Source: an uncultured delta proteobacterium | GTDB lineage: Bacteria; Desulfobacterota; WTBG01; CAIYCZ01 | DNA length: 64,000 bases | Direction: 5' to 3' | Assembly: GCA_963803975.1 (NCBI GenBank) | Contig: CAWDOY010000014.1 | Coordinates: 32,001 to 96,000 of the forward strand | Shown here: positions 58,865 through 64,000 of the stretch, piece after piece | How the letters are laid out: each line of letters begins with the position of its first letter | Numbering within the stretch: the stretch's first letter is position 1 | Program-made: the position numbers and the translations under genes | The notes under the pieces: model-generated | What the model saw: the letters and a program-made list of their open reading frames with translations, nothing else | The model's database searches: none | What the model was told of the DNA's origin: nothing

Positions 58865-58944
58865 GGACGGTCATCCTGCATCGCTCTGCGCTGTTAGTCT
58901 CTTAAGACTACTTTTCTTGCAAAAATGGAAAGAAAAATTAAAAA

Positions 58945-59003
58945 TCTGGAACTCAAGAAATCAGAAAATTTTGTTTTTACCTTTGTGAGTTCCTGAGTTC
59001 CAA
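58945..59003. repeat. Imperfect GAGTTCC-type hairpin repeat
   Basis: GGAACTCAAGAAATCAGAAA pairs with TTTGTGAGTTCCTGAGTTCC. A similar arm occurs at 42913-42938. Confidence 0.5.
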
Positions 59004-59073
59004 ATTCAAATCTTCTTTGTTTCTTTTTTAGTCTTTGCGGTTACCTTTGGTTCCGGCTGGTCCGGGTTAGGTA

Positions 59074-59520
59074 TTAATAGTTTTTTAAAATCTCTGCGGC
59101 GGTTACCGGGTCCAGCAATCCATAGGTATCTTCTCCGACCACGGCAACCGGGGCGAGCCCGCAGGCGCCAAGACAGCGCACGCCTTCCATGGAAAATTTG
59201 CGGTCCGGCGTCACTTCACCCAGGTCGATATGCAGCGCAGTACTCAGCTTCTGCACTATTTCCTCTGCGCGCTTCACATAACAGGCCGTCCCCAGGCACA
59301 CCCTGATGACATGCCTGCCGCGCGGCTTCATGGTGAAAAAGGAATAGAAGGATACCACGCCGTATACCATGCTCGGCGATATTTCAAGGCCCTCGGCCAT
59401 GCGGCGCTGAATATCTGCCGGAAGATAGCCGCAGATTTCCTGAGCCCGCTGCAGCGCGGGGATGAGTGCGCCGGGTTTACCCTTATGCTCGGCAATCACC
59501 TGGTCCAGCGCGGCGAGCAT
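59074..59520 (-). CDS. nuoE: NuoE/HndA-type 2Fe-2S subunit (start may be 59581 if one base is extra)
   Basis: VYGVVSFYSFF, VCLGTACYV, RCLGACGLAP. Confidence 0.9.
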   Translation of the reverse strand: MLAALDQVIAEHKGKPGALIPALQRAQEICGYLPADIQRRMAEGLEISPSMVYGVVSFYSFFTMKPRGRHVIRVCLGTACYVKRAEEIVQKLSTALHIDLGEVTPDRKFSMEGVRCLGACGLAPVAVVGEDTYGLLDPVTAAEILKNY

Positions 59521-59615
59521 CTCCTGCGTGATAAAAGAAAGGGGGTTCCCTTCGGCGGTTTCATTGTTCAGCTGTCTGCATATTCATCCCCGTCAATCAG
59601 CTTTTCAAAAACCTG

Positions 59616-60812
59616 TTAGCGGTCAACTTCTCCCAGAACAATATCAATGCTGCCGATAATGGCGACCATGTCTGCTATCATCTGTCCCTTTGCCATGGTG
59701 CACAGCGACTCAAGATTGGCAAAGCTGGGGGTGCGTACCTTCAGGCGGTACGGCTTTGGACCGCCGTCGCTTCTGATATAAAAACCCAGCTCGCCGCGCG
59801 GTGACTCAACCGCGGCATACACTTCCCCTGCAGGGACGCTATACCCTTCCATCATGATTTTGAAATGATGAATCAGGCCTTCAATCGTCGTTAAAACGCG
59901 CTCTTTCTCCGGGGGCACCACCCGGGGCGCTGCTGCCAGCACCGGCCCTCCGGGAAGGCCCTCAAGCGCCTGCACGCAGATCCGGGTGGCCTGGCGCATC
60001 TCTGCAATGCGCACCAGGTATCGGTCATAGACATCCCCGCGCGTTCCCCGCGGCACCTCAAACTCGTAGCGATCGTAGCCGCTGTAGGGCAGGTGTTTTC
60101 TTAAGTCCCAGTCAATGCCGCTGGCCCGCAGGCCCGGGCCGCTTAAGCCCAGCGCAATGGCATCGTCCCCGCTGATGATGCCCACGCCCTGGGTGCGGCG
60201 CTTCCAAATGGGGTTTTCGGTGAGCAGGGCTTCATACATATCAACCTTTTCATAAAACCCTGACAAAAATTTCCGGGCCCGCACTAAAAAGCTTTTCGGC
60301 ACATCCGCTGCTACGCCGCCTACCCGGAAATAGGCCAGGTGCATGCGCGCGCCCCAGACCTCTTCATACATGTCAAGTATTTCTTCGCGCTCGCGAAACA
60401 TATAGAGCAGCGGGCTCATGGCCCCGATGTCCAGCGCATGGGTCCCCAGCCAGATTAAATGGCTCTGGATTCTGGTCAATTCACTGAGTAAAACGCGCAG
60501 CGCCACCGCGCGTTCAGGTATCTCGATACCCAGCAGTTTTTCTACCGCCAGCACATACCCGAGATTGTTGATGAGCGGTGAACAGTAGTCCAGGCGGTCC
60601 ATCAGGGGAATCACCTGGTTGTAGGTCATGTGCTCAGCCAGTTTTTCCACGCCGCGGTGCAGGTGGCCGATAACCGGCTCCGCGTTTACAATCACCTCGC
60701 CATCCAGCTCCAGGATTACCCGCAGAACCCCATGGGTTGAGGGGTGCTGAGGTCCCATATTCAATATGAGATGCTCGCTGCCTGCCGTTTCTGCTGCAAT
60801 CGGTGCCGCCAT
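59616..60812 (-). CDS. nuoD: NADH-quinone oxidoreductase subunit D
   Basis: NMGPQHPSTHGVLR, HRGVEK, RLDY, ESPRGE, GEVDR. No NiFe CxxC motifs. Confidence 0.96.
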   Translation of the reverse strand: MAAPIAAETAGSEHLILNMGPQHPSTHGVLRVILELDGEVIVNAEPVIGHLHRGVEKLAEHMTYNQVIPLMDRLDYCSPLINNLGYVLAVEKLLGIEIPERAVALRVLLSELTRIQSHLIWLGTHALDIGAMSPLLYMFREREEILDMYEEVWGARMHLAYFRVGGVAADVPKSFLVRARKFLSGFYEKVDMYEALLTENPIWKRRTQGVGIISGDDAIALGLSGPGLRASGIDWDLRKHLPYSGYDRYEFEVPRGTRGDVYDRYLVRIAEMRQATRICVQALEGLPGGPVLAAAPRVVPPEKERVLTTIEGLIHHFKIMMEGYSVPAGEVYAAVESPRGELGFYIRSDGGPKPYRLKVRTPSFANLESLCTMAKGQMIADMVAIIGSIDIVLGEVDR

Positions 60813-60814
60813 AG

Positions 60815-61252
60815 TTACTTCTCTCCTCTGAGCGGATATTCCTTGCGCAGGGGATGTCCGCTGAATCCATCCGGCGTAAGGATTCTTTTTAAATCCGGGT
60901 GCCCCGCAAAGGTTATGCCCAGCAGGTCATATGCTTCTCGCTCATACCAGTTCGCCGCCGGCCAGATGCCGGTCACCGAGGGCAGTTCAGTGCCCCGGTC
61001 TATGCGCACCTTGATGCGCACGCGGCTCCGGTGCTTCATGCTCAACAGATGATACACAACTTCAAAGGCCCCGGCAGCACAATCAACGCCGGTCAGATCT
61101 GATAAAAAGGTGAAGGCAAAGGCTTCCTGGTCCCGCAGCTGCCGGGCAACGGCAAGCAGCTGTTCCGGCAGCACGGTTATGGTCAGCTCGCCGCAGGCTT
61201 CCGTTACTGCAGTCAGCCGGTCTCCCAGATGCGTGGTCAGTTCCTCTTTCAT
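60815..61252 (-). CDS. nuoC: NADH-quinone oxidoreductase subunit C
   Basis: [24 protein letters not shown]...GHPLRKEYP. Confidence 0.94.
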   Translation of the reverse strand: MKEELTTHLGDRLTAVTEACGELTITVLPEQLLAVARQLRDQEAFAFTFLSDLTGVDCAAGAFEVVYHLLSMKHRSRVRIKVRIDRGTELPSVTGIWPAANWYEREAYDLLGITFAGHPDLKRILTPDGFSGHPLRKEYPLRGEK

Positions 61253-61731
61253 AGCGTCGTGCCCCGAATGGTTTCGCGCTCTATCTTTTCCTGCAGCTTT
61301 ATAATCCCCCACAGCAGGGCCTCTGGCCGCGGCGGACAGCCGGGAATATAGACATCAACCGGAAACAGCTCATCAACCCCCTGCACTACGGCGTAGCTTT
61401 TAAACATGCCGCCGCTTGCGGCACAGGCTCCCATGGCGATTACCCATTTGGGATTGGGCATCTGGTCGTAGATGAGTTTCACGATCGGGGCCATTTTCTG
61501 GGTGACGGTTCCGGCTACAATCAAGAGGTCCGCCTGCCGCGGTGATGCTCTGAATACTTCTGACCCGAACCGGGCGATATCATACCGTGAGGCCGCAGTA
61601 GCCATCATCTCGATGGCGCAGCAAGCCAGGCCGAAGGTGGCCGGCCAGATGCTGCTCTTGCGTGCCCAGTTGACCACCTTGTCCACGGTGGTGGTCAGGA
61701 AGGTATCTCCTAAATATTCCTCGATCCCCAT
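61249..61731 (-). CDS. nuoB: NADH-quinone oxidoreductase subunit B
   Basis: [27 protein letters not shown]. Confidence 0.96.
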   Translation of the reverse strand: MGIEEYLGDTFLTTTVDKVVNWARKSSIWPATFGLACCAIEMMATAASRYDIARFGSEVFRASPRQADLLIVAGTVTQKMAPIVKLIYDQMPNPKWVIAMGACAASGGMFKSYAVVQGVDELFPVDVYIPGCPPRPEALLWGIIKLQEKIERETIRGTTL

Positions 61732-62078
61732 TCCAAGGCCCCTTTCTTCCAGATGTAGATAAAGCCTATTAACAGGATCCCGATAAACAGCACCATCTCA
61801 ATCAGGCCGAATAATTTAAGGCTTTTATAGATAACTGCCCAGGGATATAGAAACATTGCTTCAATATCAAAAACAATGAACAGCATGGCAATGATATAAA
61901 ATTTTATGGGAAACCGCTGCCGGGCATTGCCGGTGGGAATGTTGCCGCACTCATAGGCCATAAGCTTTTCGCTGGAGTCCTGGCGTTTGCCCACCAGCCG
62001 GGACAGGACAACGACCACCACGCAGAATGCCGTTGCTATCGCAAGCATAAAAAGTATTGGGATATATCCTTCGTTCAT
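61710..62078 (-). CDS. nuoA: NADH-quinone oxidoreductase subunit A
   Basis: YECG, FIVFDIE, YPWA, KKGALEW. Confidence 0.95.
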   Translation of the reverse strand: MNEGYIPILFMLAIATAFCVVVVVLSRLVGKRQDSSEKLMAYECGNIPTGNARQRFPIKFYIIAMLFIVFDIEAMFLYPWAVIYKSLKLFGLIEMVLFIGILLIGFIYIWKKGALEWGSRNI

Positions 62079-62131
62079 AGTAACGCCCCTGCTGATAAAA
62101 GAAACGCCGTTTGCCGGTAAACAGATAGTAA

Positions 62132-62443
62132 TTATGTTCTTGGGTGATTTATATTACCGGGTTGTCCTAAGGGAAGTTTGCATTTTTTGCACGCGCTGGC
62201 TAACGAGTTATTAATCTGTAAACATGACGGGCAAACCAAAACTTTTTCTATAGTTCTTGATGTGAGCCCTGAGGAGAAAATGGCAATTCCCGCAATAGCG
62301 ATTCCTACCCCCGCAAAATACAGGCTTTCGCGGTATATGGGGTTAAGCTGAACAATATAATTCAGCTTGGTGAGAAGAACGCCGACGACACAAAAAAGAC
62401 TGCCGAGACCTTTTTTATTAAAGCAACTGAACCTTGGTAACAT
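62132..62443 (-). CDS. Small membrane protein with a C-terminal zinc-ribbon-like motif
   Basis: Two hydrophobic helices followed by CPSC...CKKC. Overlaps the end of the decarboxylase beta gene. Confidence 0.55.
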   Translation of the reverse strand: MLPRFSCFNKKGLGSLFCVVGVLLTKLNYIVQLNPIYRESLYFAGVGIAIAGIAIFSSGLTSRTIEKVLVCPSCLQINNSLASACKKCKLPLGQPGNINHPRT

Positions 62444-63641
62444 AGATGGCGGTCAGTATTGCAGTGGTTATAACGCCGGCAATATTGGGACCCATGGCAT
62501 AGGGCAGAATAAACGCTTCTTCGTTCACTTCGTTAGCACACTTATGGGCGACCTTTGCTGTCGAGGGAACACAGGAGACCCCGGCAATGCCTATTAATGG
62601 ATTGATCTTTCCCTTGCTTAACCAGCAGGCAAGATAACCACCCAAAAGCCCGCCTATACCCGAAAGAAACAGGGCCACAAAACCCAGGATGATTAATTTA
62701 AACATTTGTGGATTTACCACGATGTCCGCGCTGAGCAGGCAGCCCAGCAAAAACCCCAGAAAAAGGGTTGCCCCGGTTAAAATAACTTCATCAGCGAAAC
62801 GAACATATCTGGTTACGTTTGATTCTTTAATAATAACCCCGAGAAAAAAACTTACAAAAAGGGGCGCTGCTACGGGAAAAAGAAGGCTGAGAACTGTTCC
62901 GGTTACGATGCTAAACGATATCTTTTCTCCGGAAGATACTTTTATTATCTTCATTTCCTTCATCGGTATCCCGCGCAGTTTTTTAGGAACCAGGGCTTTA
63001 ATAAGGTATGGATAGCCGGAATAAACAATGCTTAGATAAATATAGGAAATTATAGAGATAGGAACAAAAAGATTTTTTGCCAGTTGCAGGGACGCAAAAA
63101 GCACCATGGGGCCGTCTGCTCCACCGATTACCGCAATTGCCGCAGATTCTTTTGGTGTAAAACCCATGGCGATTGCTATCGGAAAGGTTAAAAATGTTCC
63201 GAGTTCCGCAGGAATTGCAAGCATCAAACTCAGTTTTGGATTACCGATGAAAAAGTCAAGCTCGGTAATGGCCCCGATGCCGAGAAAAACCATGCAGGCA
63301 ATGAGTCCGTTTGAAAATGTGAGCGCATATATGGGCTGGAGAAAGTATACCTGCAGCGCATTAATATGATCTGTCGGAGTGTTTACCATTGAGTCCAGAA
63401 ACATGGTTCCGAGTTTTTGTTTTGCGGGATCTGCCAAATCAGGCATCATAAGGATGCCCGCATTTACCAGACAGATGCCGACTCCCATCGGAACCATTAT
63501 TAACGGTTCCAGAATATCCTTGCAGCCCAGATAAAGAATTAAAAAGCCCAGTCCAATTAAAAAAATCCGTGCGATTGCCATTTCCGTCGGCATTTGAAAA
63601 AAAGACATAATGCCCGGAAAAATATTAAAAAAATTATCCAT
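62418..63641 (-). CDS. Na+-translocating decarboxylase beta subunit (OadB/MmdB/GcdB family)
   Basis: EPLIMVPMG, FLGIGA, AELGTF, IGGADGP, NPLIG.AGVS, AMGPNIAGVI. Confidence 0.9.
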   Translation of the reverse strand: MDNFFNIFPGIMSFFQMPTEMAIARIFLIGLGFLILYLGCKDILEPLIMVPMGVGICLVNAGILMMPDLADPAKQKLGTMFLDSMVNTPTDHINALQVYFLQPIYALTFSNGLIACMVFLGIGAITELDFFIGNPKLSLMLAIPAELGTFLTFPIAIAMGFTPKESAAIAVIGGADGPMVLFASLQLAKNLFVPISIISYIYLSIVYSGYPYLIKALVPKKLRGIPMKEMKIIKVSSGEKISFSIVTGTVLSLLFPVAAPLFVSFFLGVIIKESNVTRYVRFADEVILTGATLFLGFLLGCLLSADIVVNPQMFKLIILGFVALFLSGIGGLLGGYLACWLSKGKINPLIGIAGVSCVPSTAKVAHKCANEVNEEAFILPYAMGPNIAGVITTAILTAIYVTKVQLL

Positions 63642-63647
63642 ATCCCG

Positions 63648-63764
63648 TTATCCTTTTTTCGTAAACCGGCTCACAGCAACGATCAGTAACCACATGACAA
63701 AGGTTATAACTGTTCCCATAAGATAAACATTTAACGCAAATTTAAAAGCATCCCAGACGCTCAT
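63648..63764 (-). CDS. 38-aa single-TM protein, possible decarboxylase gamma/delta-like subunit (below ORF-track cut-off)
   Basis: MSVWDAFKFALNVYLMGTVITFVMWLLIVAVSRFTKKG, with an AGGA RBS. It fills the gap between the biotin carrier and beta genes. Confidence 0.6.
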   Translation of the reverse strand: MSVWDAFKFALNVYLMGTVITFVMWLLIVAVSRFTKKG

Positions 63765-63775
63765 TGACTTTTCCT

Positions 63776-64000
63776 TTAACTTATTACTATTAACTCTTCA
63801 TCTTTTTGCACGGCTGTTCCCGCTGTTACTTTTATTTCTGAAACGGTTCCGTCAACCTTTGCTTTTATTTCCTGTTCCATTTTCATCGCTTCTAAAATAA
63901 TTAAAACATCCCCCTTTTTTACGGTCTGTCCCTGACTGCATTTAACGGCTATGATTTTACCCGGCATCGGGGATGTTACTGATTTTCCTCCACCAGCAAA
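63776..64000 (-). CDS. Biotin carboxyl carrier domain (5' part outside window)
   Basis: PMPGKI...EAMKME biotinylation motif. Confidence 0.9.
   Translation of the reverse strand, partial: FAGGGKSVTSPMPGKIIAVKCSQGQTVKKGDVLIILEAMKMEQEIKAKVDGTVSEIKVTAGTAVQKDEELIVIS

Noticed and set aside
59616..60812. Group 4 NiFe hydrogenase large subunit
   Set aside because: It lacks both CxxC nickel-binding motifs and has NuoD quinone-site residues.
14654..61762. Numerous long antisense or alternate-frame ORFs (e.g. 14716-15447, 34187-35104, 52773-53636, 56664-57614)
   Set aside because: They are shadows of well-supported genes in GC-rich coding DNA and have no motifs of their own.

Overview
This is a 64-kb bacterial chromosomal segment. 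Its gene content suggests an anaerobic deltaproteobacterium (Desulfobacterota/Syntrophales-like), which is inference only. From left to right it contains: (1) the distal part of a type II secretion operon (gspIJKLMD); (2) an AT-rich island that starts at a degenerate tRNA-Asp 3' half and carries secreted-enzyme genes separated by diverged 100-135 bp non-coding repeats; (3) an MFS transporter and an AbrB/RelE-like toxin-antitoxin pair; (4) a periplasmic-binding-protein/histidine-kinase/sigma54-activator/TonB-receptor operon; (5) a divergent type II FAS/PKS-like cluster with a sigma54 promoter and paired palindromic enhancer sites, containing 2 active KS, 1 CLF-like KS, KR, an oversized ACP, a fused double FabZ, 3 further SDRs, a methyltransferase and 2 GT-C glycosyltransferases; (6) housekeeping genes (IMPase, amiC, gatCA, tRNA-Gln, dedA, vapBC, ispFD, yacL, carD); (7) a complete nuoA-N operon whose NADH module looks like an electron-bifurcating HydABC/Hnd-type module with an extra subunit; and (8) part of a Na+-translocating decarboxylase operon. 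Six copies of a ~152-bp MITE-like element occur, mostly at stop codons. Many small insertions, including some in conserved core genes, point to sequencing error, so frameshift calls are provisional.
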